Below the pieces are notes generated by a model, which saw only the letters and a program-made list of their open reading frames with translations, made no database searches and was not told the origin of the DNA. 64,000 nucleotides of DNA, taken from NCBI GenBank assembly GCA_963677495.2, contig CAXXOU010000004.1, positions 576,001-640,000 of the forward strand, read 5' to 3'. Shown here in pieces: positions 8,554 through 17,940 of the stretch. The stretch's first letter is position 1. Every line of letters starts with the position of its first letter. A program made the position numbers and the translations under genes. This stretch comes from Candidatus Cloacimonadales bacterium (GTDB taxonomy: Bacteria > Cloacimonadota > Cloacimonadia > Cloacimonadales > JAFGVF01).

Positions 8554-11136
8554 ATGAAAAAGATTGTATTGTATATTCTATGTTTAATGCCTTTAATATT
8601 ATATTCAACAATTTGGCATGTGAATCAAGATGGAACAGGAGATTTCGTTTCTATCCAAGCTGCTGTGAACAATGCGAATAATGATGATACAATTTTGATT
8701 CATGAGGGTGTCTATTATGAACATGTGCAAACAAGTAACAAACCTTTAACATATGCAAGTTTATTCTATCTGGATAGTGATGAATCGCATATTGGTAATA
8801 CAATTTTGGATGGGCAACACTCGCATCCGCTAATGACACATGATAATGATGTTTTCGGGAGTAACATATCCATTATTGGGTTAACATTTAGGAATGGGAA
8901 TAGAGAGGAAGCTACAGATACGTACTGTGGCGGAGGTGCTATAGGAGTTCAAAGAGCTACGCTTACATTAAACGACTGTAGTATTTACAATAACTATGGG
9001 ATTATTGGAGGTGGAGTATTCACTCGAAACTGCCAAGTCTTTCTTGCTGGTAATTCGATAAGAAATAATAGAGCGTTTACTGCAGGTGGTGGTGTATCTT
9101 TTATCTTTAATGGAGGAGATAGTTATCCAGTCATCTTTGATGGAATTAATTTGAATAGTTTTTACTCAAATCTTTGTTGGTTTGGTACTGATATGAATCT
9201 TTATCAAATCAATGAGGAACACATCAGCGAGATTGTAGCAGATACTTTGAGTGTTGCAGAATACGATAATTACTGCAATGTTGTAAAAATAAGATTAGGA
9301 TCAACACACAGTAACCTTCCAGTTAATGCAAATACTGAAACTCTTCCTCGTGTTGAGTCCAATCTTTATGTTGCTCCTTGGGGTGATGATAATAATGATG
9401 GGTTAACATCTTTTTCTCCTTTCAAGTCGATAATGCAAGCGTGTATGATTATTTCTCCTAGAGTTGATAGTACTCTAATTATATATTTGCTACCTGGAGA
9501 ATATAATAACTCTAATCAAAGATGTCTACCTGTAAACGTAAGAGATAATACTATCATTTCAGGAGAATCTCCAGAAACAACTATCATCAATTGTGACCAG
9601 ATGACTAGTGCTTTTATTAACAGAGTCGGATCATGCAATTTTGAAATTGAGAATCTATCAATAATAAACTGTAGTGTCGGTGCTGATAATTATTATTCTT
9701 CTATTAGTCTTAATACTTCTCAGTATCCATCAAAAGTTAAAATTCGAAACTCCAAATTTTATAATGACTACATGTATCAAAGCACAGAAGCTCAATTTTA
9801 CGTTAATGTTGTCGGTGTCACGTTGGATATATGTGATACAGAATTTGGTAACGAAAACTTGGAAGCCTTGATTCCTCAAAAATCTGTCTTTTGTAATGAA
9901 GACTATTTTTCTCAAGATTTTAACAGTATAAGTAATTGCACATTTTATGGGCAAAATGAGACTATTTGTTTTAGTTCTCAATTCAATTCGAACTTGCTCA
10001 TTTCAAATTGTTTATTTGATTATTCTCAAACTTATAACTACGAGGCAGATCCGTTTCTTGTGAGATATGGAATAGCAATTGAAGGAAAGGTTGATGCTAA
10101 TATTATCAATAATACATTTTACGGAAATCATCCAGCTGGGCAATTAGATGGTCTAATTACGATCATATATTCAAATTATGATACAGGTGGGAATAATGTT
10201 AATGTTAAAAATAATATAATGATTGATAATTTTACTCCTACCAGTAATAACTCAGTGTATGTAGATAATCACTATGGTCCTTGGGCAACAAATGTTAATG
10301 TAGGTAACAATTTAGTCTTAGGAGGGGAAAGCACAGTTGGTTATCCCAATTGGGAAGAAGTGACTTTTAACTACGAAGATACGAACATTGATACAATACC
10401 TCATTTCACAGGATATGGAGTAAACAGATTTATGCTGGATGATGATTCTCCTTGTATAGATGAAGGTACACTGAATCTACCTGATGGATTCGAACAACCT
10501 GAAACTGATTTGGTAGGTAATCCTCGTGTGCATGGTGAGAGTATAGATATGGGTTGTTATGAATGGCAAGGGAATGTAGCTGATTTCACAATGCAGGCAA
10601 TGGGGAATGTGTTCCCTATTGATGTTGTGTTTACTCCACACTACAACTTCCCAATTGATACAATTGCCTGGGACCTTGATCTTGATGGTGTGATTGATAG
10701 CTATGAGATGAATCCAGTCTGGTCATATCCTGATTTCTCTGGACATAATGTTGGCATGTACATAAATGATGGGGAAGCTATTGAGATTAAGTATGACTGC
10801 ATACAGCCTACTACCCCGATATTAGAAGAAACGAACGATACACCTGAAGCTAATGAGTTATTAGCTTGTTATCCTAATCCCGTGCGAATCTCAACTGGTA
10901 ATGTTATACTGAAGTACAATGTCAAAGATGTTGGAAACGCAGAGTTGAAGGTATACAATATCAAAGGTCAAATGGTGAAATCCATTAAGGTTAAAAGTCA
11001 ACGTAAAGGGCGTAATACTATCTTCTGGTATCTTACTGATAATCGGGGTGTGCATGTCTCTTCGGGAGTGTATCTCTACAATCTTGAACAGAATGGTGAA
11101 AGTATAGGTAAAGGTCAGATAACGGTGGTGAAATAG
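8554..11136 (+). CDS. Secreted parallel beta-helix protein (DUF1565/choice-of-anchor Q-like, PKD-like) with a FlgD-Ig/T9SS-type C-terminal domain
   Basis: Signal peptide, DGTGDFVSIQAAVN start motif, YVAPWGDDNNDG, SPCIDEG...DLVGNPR...IDMGCYE, C-terminal YPNP...YNIKGQMV...SSGVYLY. Confidence 0.8.
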   Translation: MKKIVLYILCLMPLILYSTIWHVNQDGTGDFVSIQAAVNNANNDDTILIHEGVYYEHVQTSNKPLTYASLFYLDSDESHIGNTILDGQHSHPLMTHDNDVFGSNISIIGLTFRNGNREEATDTYCGGGAIGVQRATLTLNDCSIYNNYGIIGGGVFTRNCQVFLAGNSIRNNRAFTAGGGVSFIFNGGDSYPVIFDGINLNSFYSNLCWFGTDMNLYQINEEHISEIVADTLSVAEYDNYCNVVKIRLGSTHSNLPVNANTETLPRVESNLYVAPWGDDNNDGLTSFSPFKSIMQACMIISPRVDSTLIIYLLPGEYNNSNQRCLPVNVRDNTIISGESPETTIINCDQMTSAFINRVGSCNFEIENLSIINCSVGADNYYSSISLNTSQYPSKVKIRNSKFYNDYMYQSTEAQFYVNVVGVTLDICDTEFGNENLEALIPQKSVFCNEDYFSQDFNSISNCTFYGQNETICFSSQFNSNLLISNCLFDYSQTYNYEADPFLVRYGIAIEGKVDANIINNTFYGNHPAGQLDGLITIIYSNYDTGGNNVNVKNNIMIDNFTPTSNNSVYVDNHYGPWATNVNVGNNLVLGGESTVGYPNWEEVTFNYEDTNIDTIPHFTGYGVNRFMLDDDSPCIDEGTLNLPDGFEQPETDLVGNPRVHGESIDMGCYEWQGNVADFTMQAMGNVFPIDVVFTPHYNFPIDTIAWDLDLDGVIDSYEMNPVWSYPDFSGHNVGMYINDGEAIEIKYDCIQPTTPILEETNDTPEANELLACYPNPVRISTGNVILKYNVKDVGNAELKVYNIKGQMVKSIKVKSQRKGRNTIFWYLTDNRGVHVSSGVYLYNLEQNGESIGKGQITVVK

Positions 11137-11140
11137 ATAA

Positions 11141-11180
11141 TAGCCTATAGCCTAAAGCCTAAAGCCTAAAGCCTATAGCT
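11141..11180. repeat. Heptamer tandem repeat (AGCCTAW)n
   Basis: tagcctatagcctaaagcctaaagcctaaagcctatagct, about 5 units directly after the stop codon. Confidence 0.8.
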
Positions 11181-11249
11181 GGAGCGGTCGTCTGATGAAA
11201 GTATACTACCTTGAGAATAGTCCTAAGACCTTCTCAATGCTCAGGAAGA

Positions 11250-11430
11250 TGTGAATCGCATCGAAGTGCCTGAGAAGCCGTAGCTGATAGGCGAAGGGTC
11301 TTGATTCGCTAATTCCGGTATTCGAAGCCCAATTCGTTCTCACCCCACACTTTGTTGCGGTGCAAGTCCGAGATAGTTTCTTCGAAGTAGACTATTCCCG
11401 AAGGTCTAAATATCATTGGAAAGTAAAGAC
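11250..11430. repeat. REP-like mosaic, direct-orientation homologue of 8190-8365
   Basis: A 27-bp identical stretch GCAAGTCCGAGATAGTTTCTTCGAAGT at 8299-8325 and 11362-11388, with flanking similarity. Confidence 0.8.
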
Positions 11431-11433
11431 ATT

Positions 11434-11464
11434 AAAAAAGCCTACCGGCAATGTCGATAGGCTT
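11434..11464 (-). terminator. Terminator of tRNA-Leu
   Basis: Stem AAGCCTACCGGCA/TGTCGATAGGCTT with an A-run on the + strand, just downstream of the tRNA CCA end. Confidence 0.65.
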
Positions 11465-11470
11465 AAGCTT

Positions 11471-11560
11471 TGGTGCTGAAGAAGGGACTTGAACCCCCAC
11501 GTCCTAATTTCGGACACTAGAACCTGAATCTAGCGTGTCTACCAATTCCACCACTCCAGC
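11471..11560 (-). tRNA. tRNA-Leu (anticodon CAG)
   Basis: The reverse complement reads GCTGGAGTGGTGGAATTGGTAGACACGCTAGATTCAGGTTCTAGTG...GGGGGTTCAAGTCCCTTCTTCAGCACCA: D-loop, anticodon stem CTAGA/TCTAG with loop TTCAGGT, long variable arm, T-loop GTTCAAGT and encoded CCA. Confidence 0.97.
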
Positions 11561-11753
11561 ATGAGTGTATTACAGATATTTTTGAACCCTTACTATGTCA
11601 ATAGAAATCTTAACAGTAAAATAGCTACTAATCACTTTGATTATAGGTCAGAGAGTATTGATAGTGAACTAATTTCAATAATATATCAGATTTTCCTTGC
11701 AATATAAAAAATCATAGTGAAAATACGTATTACCAAATCTATAAATCTGTGAG

Positions 11754-13043
11754 GTGACTATGAGTGAAGCTTTCAATGCCTTTGAGATGGTTCAAAAGCA
11801 ATTTGATTCTATTGCTGATAAACTTGATTTGAACAGTGCAGCAAGAGATTTTCTGAGAAACCCTATGCGAGAATACCATTTCCTTATTCCTGTTAAGATG
11901 GATGATGGTTCAACCAAAGTGTTTAAAGGTTTTAGAATTCAGCACAATGATGCTTTAGGCCCAGCTAAAGGAGGAGTTCGATTTCACCCACTAGAAACAG
12001 TTGATTTAGTCAGAGCTCTAGCAATGTGGATGACTTGGAAAACCTCAGTTGTAGATCTGCCTTTAGGTGGGGGATATGGGGGTGTTATCTGCGATCCTCA
12101 CCATTTATCAATGAGAGAACAGGAGCTGATATGTCGAGGTTGGGTTAGACAGCTTGGTGATAATATAGGACCGTTGAGGGATATACCGGCACCTGATATT
12201 ATGACTTATAGTCAACATATGCTGTGGATTCTTGATGAGTATGAGATGATGCATGGGAAGAAACTTCCGGGTATGATTACAGGCAAACCTGTAGAGTTGG
12301 GTGGTTCATTAGGTAGGACAGAATCGACAGGATACGGACTGATGTTTACAGTACGGGAAGCATTAAGAGAATTAAAGATTCGACCTGATACTACAACAGC
12401 TGTGTTCCAGGGATTTGGTAATGTAACACAACATGCGATTAAGCTTTATAACCAATTAGGTGGTACTGTTCTAGGTGTATCCTCCTGGAACCCTAAACAG
12501 CATACTGCAACACTATATATGAAACCGGAAGGAATAAACCTGAAAGAACTTCAAGAGATAACAGATAGATTTGGAAGCATTGATTGTGATAAAGCTGAAG
12601 AGTTGGGCTATGAACTACTTCCCGGTGACAAATGGATTGAACAGGAATGTGATATACTTGTTCCTTCAGCATTAGAAAACCAGATTACTGTGGAGAATGT
12701 CGGACTCATCAATAAACAGGTTAGAATAATAGCTGAGGGAGCAAATGGACCAACAAGTCCTGCTGCAGACGATATTCTCATGGATAGAGGAATCTTCGTT
12801 ATCCCTGATGTTCTTTGTAATGCCGGTGGAGTTACATGTAGCTATTTCGAGCAGGTTCAGTCAAACATGAACTACTACTGGTCTAAGGATGAAGTTATCA
12901 GCAAGCTGGATGTTAAACTGACTAAAGCATACCATAAGGTTGCTGAACTAGCTCGAAGGAAAAAGCTTTATATGCGTGAAGCAGCCTATATGATCGCAGT
13001 TGACAGAGTAGTACGGGCAGCACAAGAAAGAGGGTGGATATAA
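11754..13043 (+). CDS. Glu/Leu/Phe/Val dehydrogenase family protein with catalytic Lys replaced by Tyr (possible pseudo-GDH)
   Basis: GPAKGGVRFHP, MTWK, PAPD, ITGKP..GGS.GR, EGANGP and NAGGV are present, but GGGYGG replaces GGGKGG. Confidence 0.9.
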   Translation: MTMSEAFNAFEMVQKQFDSIADKLDLNSAARDFLRNPMREYHFLIPVKMDDGSTKVFKGFRIQHNDALGPAKGGVRFHPLETVDLVRALAMWMTWKTSVVDLPLGGGYGGVICDPHHLSMREQELICRGWVRQLGDNIGPLRDIPAPDIMTYSQHMLWILDEYEMMHGKKLPGMITGKPVELGGSLGRTESTGYGLMFTVREALRELKIRPDTTTAVFQGFGNVTQHAIKLYNQLGGTVLGVSSWNPKQHTATLYMKPEGINLKELQEITDRFGSIDCDKAEELGYELLPGDKWIEQECDILVPSALENQITVENVGLINKQVRIIAEGANGPTSPAADDILMDRGIFVIPDVLCNAGGVTCSYFEQVQSNMNYYWSKDEVISKLDVKLTKAYHKVAELARRKKLYMREAAYMIAVDRVVRAAQERGWI

Positions 13044-14782
13044 TGAATGAGAAAATGAAATCAGGTCAAAGATTTGATAGATTAAGTGGATTCTTTTCAG
13101 ATACTTTCAGCTACATAGGTAGGGGAGAACCGGGAGGTAAAGCTTCGGGTTTAGCATTCATGCAGGATGTTATTAAGAAGAGATTTCCTGATAATGAGTT
13201 TGATGGAATTAAGATCAATATCCCGAGTATGACAGTTCTCCTTAGTGGTGTATTTGAAGATTTTATGGAGGATAACAATCTCTATGAAATAGCACTTTCT
13301 GATGCGTCTGATGTAGAGATTGCTCTTGAGTTTCAAAGAGCTTCATTAGGAGCAATATACACCGGTGATCTTAGAAGCATTATTGAAAGCATACACCAAC
13401 CTTTAGCTATTCGCTCTTCAAGTATCTTCGAGGATTCAATAGACGACCCCTTTGCCGGTGTCTATGAAACTAAAATGATACCTAATAATCAGATAGATAA
13501 AGATCAAAGGTTTAGAGTATTAATGGAAGCAATTAAGTTTGTATATGCTTCTCTCTTCTTTAAAAACTCTAAGGAGTACTTTCTCTCATTAAACAGAGAT
13601 ATTCGTGATGAGAAGATGGCAATCATAATTCAGGAAGTTGTTGGTAATAGGCATGGTGACCTTTTTTATCCTACAATCTCCGGTGTTGTTAAATCGTATA
13701 ATTTCTACCCAACAAACAATGCAACTCATGAAGAAGGGATAGCTACACTTGCTCTTGGTTTGGGGAAAACCGTTGTAGAAGGGGAGAAGGCTTGGAGTTA
13801 CTCACCTATGCACCCAACAGCACCACCCCCATTTAACAATAATCACGATATATTGAAATACACACAAACTGAGTTCTGGTCAATAAATATGAATCAGGTT
13901 TGCTGTTACGACTCTACTCAGGAGACTGAGTATTTAAGCTACCAATCAATTTACGATGCCGAAGAACATGATACACTTAAGCATATCTGCTCTACGTTCG
14001 ATAGTTTAAACGATAGAATAACTATAGGAACTGCGTATGCCGGTTCACGAATCATTGACTTTTCACCCCTGCTCAAGCTTGACATGATACCTTTGAATCC
14101 TCTTATCAAAGAGTTAATGAAGGTTTGCGAAGAGGAGAGTGGAAATAAGGTCGAGATGGAATTTGCGATGACAATTGATCCTGAAGGATATGATAAACCA
14201 AGGTTTGGATTTCTACAGCTAAGACCAATAAGTATTAGTGATAAGATTGTTGATATTAACGAGAAGTTGTACAATGCAGATAATATGCTCATTAAATCAG
14301 AACAAGTAATGGGAAATGCACAGATTGATAGTATAATTGATATTGTGTTTGTGAAACCTGATTGCTTTGACCCAAAAGCGTCTTTAGAAGTTGCTATGGA
14401 CCTAGCTGAGATAAATGCTGAGTTGATACAGAACAAGAAGCAGTACCTTCTAATGGGATTTGGCAGATGGGGAACATCTGATCCTTGGATGGGAGTACCG
14501 ATTAAATGGTCTCAAATATCAGGAGCAAAAGTCATTGTTGAAGCAATCTTACCTCAAATGAGATTTGATTTCAGTCAGGGATCACATTTCTTCCACAACA
14601 TGACAGCTCATAATGTTATATATTTCTCAGCAAATCTGGAGATGAGTAATGCTATAGACTGGGATTGGCTGAAATCTCATGAAGTTATTGAAGAAACAGA
14701 CTATATTCTTCATGTACGAACGAAGAAACCAATAGAAATATATGCAGATGGGCGTTCGGGTAAAGGAGTAATTCTTAAATGA
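13043..14782 (+). CDS. PEP/pyruvate-binding (PPDK_N/PEP synthase-like ATP-grasp) domain protein
   Basis: GGKASGL, AIRSSSIFEDS...FAGVY, MAIIIQEVVG, GLGKTVVEG, EMEFA and LQLRP motifs. The ATG at 13043 overlaps the upstream TAA (the ORF track uses GTG 13034). Confidence 0.85.
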   Translation: MNEKMKSGQRFDRLSGFFSDTFSYIGRGEPGGKASGLAFMQDVIKKRFPDNEFDGIKINIPSMTVLLSGVFEDFMEDNNLYEIALSDASDVEIALEFQRASLGAIYTGDLRSIIESIHQPLAIRSSSIFEDSIDDPFAGVYETKMIPNNQIDKDQRFRVLMEAIKFVYASLFFKNSKEYFLSLNRDIRDEKMAIIIQEVVGNRHGDLFYPTISGVVKSYNFYPTNNATHEEGIATLALGLGKTVVEGEKAWSYSPMHPTAPPPFNNNHDILKYTQTEFWSINMNQVCCYDSTQETEYLSYQSIYDAEEHDTLKHICSTFDSLNDRITIGTAYAGSRIIDFSPLLKLDMIPLNPLIKELMKVCEEESGNKVEMEFAMTIDPEGYDKPRFGFLQLRPISISDKIVDINEKLYNADNMLIKSEQVMGNAQIDSIIDIVFVKPDCFDPKASLEVAMDLAEINAELIQNKKQYLLMGFGRWGTSDPWMGVPIKWSQISGAKVIVEAILPQMRFDFSQGSHFFHNMTAHNVIYFSANLEMSNAIDWDWLKSHEVIEETDYILHVRTKKPIEIYADGRSGKGVILK

Positions 14783-17700
14783 TCCATAGTGGTAACAACC
14801 ATAATCAGTTGGAATCTCAGTTAACAGAAAGACGTAAAGAACTTGCTTGTATCCATAAGATGATAGAAATAACATCTGATTACTCTTCAGACTTTAGTGT
14901 TATATTTAATAGAATACTAGAGATTATCCCCGCAGGATGGCAGTATACTGATACCTGCTTTGCAGAGATTGAGTATATGAATAGTATATACTGTCTTCGC
15001 AAAGATCTTACACCAAAGTATTCCCAACAGAAGTCCTTGAGTATGAATGACAACTATTTCGGTGAGATTAAAGTCTACTACTCTGAAGTTCCCAAAGGCT
15101 TCGAAATAGCACCATTTCTTGATGAAGAGGTAGCATTACTTAGTACTTTGGCAGAGATGTTATCAACATATCTAGTTGTCAGAACTTTTACAGAGAACCT
15201 TGAAACACCTGGGACAAATCCAGAGCTGGAACATAAAGATTGGAAGATAGTACTCAAAATGCTCCAGGATACGGATTATAGATTGTATCTAAAAGTAGCA
15301 CGCAAGTTGATTAACCTTCTTTATCAAAGAGGTATCCCAGAAGTTAAGGAGATATACTACTCTACAGGAATAACAAGATCAGAATCTGACTCAGAGGATA
15401 TCCTCGATGCAAACAAACCTTTGAAAAAGCAAGATTATCTTGATATGGAGGTTGTTAGTAAGAAGGTGTTCGAAATCGCTGAGAATTGTTTACCGAATGA
15501 GGAAGTTCTTGAGTATATTCATAAATGGATTCAAGAGGATAAGTTAAGTTTCCTAATCACTGCATTAGAGGATAAGTATACGTCTCTTGCCGAGCTACAA
15601 GATGTGATTGCAAGATATCAGCATCTTAAGATAAGCAAGGAGAGCTTATCACCATATTCTCAGTTAAATCTGAAAGTGTTACTTATTCAACGACTCTTTA
15701 CATCGCAGTTAGAATTTATTAGAATAGCAAAAAATTACATCCAGATAGAAGATTTCTATGATGTACTTCAACATACTATTTCTCCAAAGAACTCTCATGG
15801 AAGATTAGGAGGTAAAAGTACCGGTTTATTCTTCGCGCATAATATCATAAAGAGCGAGACAGACCTTGAATTTCAGAAAGGTATAAAGACCCCCAAGAGT
15901 TGGTATATAACTTCTGACGCCATGCAGTCTTTTGTGCACTATAACAATCTAGAAGAGGTTATTGAACAGAAATATAAGGATATTGAGCAGATAAGGGCTG
16001 AATATCCCAATATTGTACAGATGTTCAAGAACTCCTATTTCCCACATGATATTGCTAAAGAGCTTTCCCAAGCTCTTGATTCATTCGGAACTTCACCAAT
16101 AATTGTCAGAAGCTCATCATTATTGGAAGATAGTTTTGGTACATCCTTTTCCGGAAAATATAAAAGTCTATTCTTAGCTAATCAGGGCAATAAAAAGGAA
16201 AGGTTAAGTGCTTTAATGGATGCCATTGCTGAAGTATATGCTTCTGTAATTGCTCCTGATCCTATCGAGTATCGAAAGGACCATGGACTTGTAGACTTCC
16301 ATGAAGAGATGGCTATCATGATTCAAGAGGTTGTTGGCACAAAAGTAGGAAACTATTTCCTTCCTGCTTTTGCAGGAGTAGCATTCTCCAATAATGAGTT
16401 CAGATGGTCACCTAGAATCAAAAGGAACGATGGTTTAGTAAGATTAGTTCCGGGCTTAGGGACTAGGGCAGTAGATAGAGTCAGTGATGATTATCCTGTT
16501 TTAGCTTCACCGGGACAGCCTGGTATTAGAGTTAACGCTTCACCGGATGAGATACTAAAATATTCACCTAAGTTCCTAGATCTGATAAATCTCGAAACTA
16601 ATACTTTTGAAACTCTCCCAATTCAAAAAGCACTGAAACTGTTTGAAGATGATTTCCCAATGCTAAACAGAATCTTTAGCGTTAATGAGAATGGTTTTAT
16701 TCACCAAAAAGCAGTATTCAATATTGACTTTGAGAAAGATGACTTAATAGTTACCTTCAGGTCTTTGATGACTGATACAAATTTTATGAAACGGATAAAG
16801 AGAATCTTAGATGTTCTTGAAGACAAAATGTCAACTCCAGTGGATATTGAGTTTGCAGTAATCAACAATGATATCTATCTTCTTCAATGCAGACCTCAAT
16901 GTTTCTCTAAAGAGGTTGAGCCTGCTCCAATTCCTCAGGATATTCCGGAAAAAGAGATTCTGTTTACAGCTCGAAAACATATCTCCAATGGCAGAATCCC
17001 GGAAGTGACACATCTTGTTTATGTAGACCCTACAGAATATACACAGTTAGAGACCTTAGAACAGTTAAAATCTGTTGGTAGGTGTGTCGGAGAGTTGAAT
17101 TCGGTTCTACCAAAGAAGAAATTTATACTGATCGGGCCCGGGAGATGGGGAAGTAAAGGTGATATTAAACTGGGTGTTGATGTCTCCTATTCTGAAATAA
17201 GCAATACATCTGCCTTAATTGAGGTGGCTAAAGAACAAGCAAGCTTTGCTCCTGATCTTTCATTTGGTACTCACTTCTTTCAAGATCTTGTAGAATCAAC
17301 AATTAGGTACATCCCCTTATATCCAGATGAGAAGGATAATGTCTTTAATACTGAGTTCTTCAAGAAGAGTGAGAGTATACTTCCAACCTTGTTACCGAAA
17401 TACTCTGAGCTAGGGAACTGTATAAAAGTTATAGATATTCCGAAAGAAACTGATGGTAATGTACTTAAAATCTTTATGAATGCTGATTTGGAACAGGCAA
17501 TAGCATATTTTGGCGTAGCAGATAACCGAAAAAGAAGTTCAAGTAAGGCTTATTATGAAGATGAAAATACTGATAACTTCTGGTTATGGAGATTACAAAT
17601 GGCAGAATTTCTTGCCTCACAATTAGATGCTAAAAGATATGGTGTGGTTAATTTATACATTTTTGGTAGCGTTAAAAACGCTACTGCCGGACCGGGTAGT

Positions 17701-17940
17701 GATATAGATCTTTTGGTTCACTTCAGAGGAAACGAGATTAAAAAGCAACAGTTACTAGCATGGTTTGATGGATGGAGTAGATGTCTTGGTAGAATGAATT
17801 ACCTAAGAACCGGTTATAAAACTGATGGTCTTCTTGATGTACACATCATAACGGATCAAGATATCTCTGACAAAGACAGCTTTGCAATCAAAATTGGGGC
17901 TGTAACTGATGCAGCAAAACTACTTAAGGTGCGCAAATGA
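14779..17940 (+). CDS. GAF-like + PPDK_N-type ATP-grasp + C-terminal nucleotidyltransferase multidomain protein
   Basis: N-terminal ERRKELAC..PAGWQY..FLDEE; LGGKSTGL, IVRSSSLLEDS..FSGKY, IQEVVG, GLGTRAV, DIEFA, LQCRP; C-terminal YIFGSVKNATAGPGSDIDLLV...LDVH (Pol-beta NTase GS..DxD..D). Confidence 0.85.
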   Translation: MIHSGNNHNQLESQLTERRKELACIHKMIEITSDYSSDFSVIFNRILEIIPAGWQYTDTCFAEIEYMNSIYCLRKDLTPKYSQQKSLSMNDNYFGEIKVYYSEVPKGFEIAPFLDEEVALLSTLAEMLSTYLVVRTFTENLETPGTNPELEHKDWKIVLKMLQDTDYRLYLKVARKLINLLYQRGIPEVKEIYYSTGITRSESDSEDILDANKPLKKQDYLDMEVVSKKVFEIAENCLPNEEVLEYIHKWIQEDKLSFLITALEDKYTSLAELQDVIARYQHLKISKESLSPYSQLNLKVLLIQRLFTSQLEFIRIAKNYIQIEDFYDVLQHTISPKNSHGRLGGKSTGLFFAHNIIKSETDLEFQKGIKTPKSWYITSDAMQSFVHYNNLEEVIEQKYKDIEQIRAEYPNIVQMFKNSYFPHDIAKELSQALDSFGTSPIIVRSSSLLEDSFGTSFSGKYKSLFLANQGNKKERLSALMDAIAEVYASVIAPDPIEYRKDHGLVDFHEEMAIMIQEVVGTKVGNYFLPAFAGVAFSNNEFRWSPRIKRNDGLVRLVPGLGTRAVDRVSDDYPVLASPGQPGIRVNASPDEILKYSPKFLDLINLETNTFETLPIQKALKLFEDDFPMLNRIFSVNENGFIHQKAVFNIDFEKDDLIVTFRSLMTDTNFMKRIKRILDVLEDKMSTPVDIEFAVINNDIYLLQCRPQCFSKEVEPAPIPQDIPEKEILFTARKHISNGRIPEVTHLVYVDPTEYTQLETLEQLKSVGRCVGELNSVLPKKKFILIGPGRWGSKGDIKLGVDVSYSEISNTSALIEVAKEQASFAPDLSFGTHFFQDLVESTIRYIPLYPDEKDNVFNTEFFKKSESILPTLLPKYSELGNCIKVIDIPKETDGNVLKIFMNADLEQAIAYFGVADNRKRSSSKAYYEDENTDNFWLWRLQMAEFLASQLDAKRYGVVNLYIFGSVKNATAGPGSDIDLLVHFRGNEIKKQQLLAWFDGWSRCLGRMNYLRTGYKTDGLLDVHIITDQDISDKDSFAIKIGAVTDAAKLLKVRK

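Noticed and set aside
8554..11136. Diversity-generating retroelement target among the secreted proteins
   Set aside because: No reverse transcriptase and no template/variable repeat pair differing at adenines was seen.
7800..11560. tRNA-Leu-anchored integrative element or prophage
   Set aside because: No integrase, no phage genes, and no duplicated tRNA 3' end (att) found in the window.
13951..14436. Antisense or alternative-frame ORFs inside long genes (e.g. 13951-14436, 28997-29329, 45001-45384, 56147-56569, 63227-63637)
   Set aside because: They are shadow ORFs of well-supported genes, explained by codon bias.
17560..17940. MNT antitoxin or CBASS-type cyclase
   Set aside because: No HEPN partner or CBASS effector/Cap genes are adjacent. 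The domain is fused to a metabolic-type ATP-grasp protein in a GDH operon.
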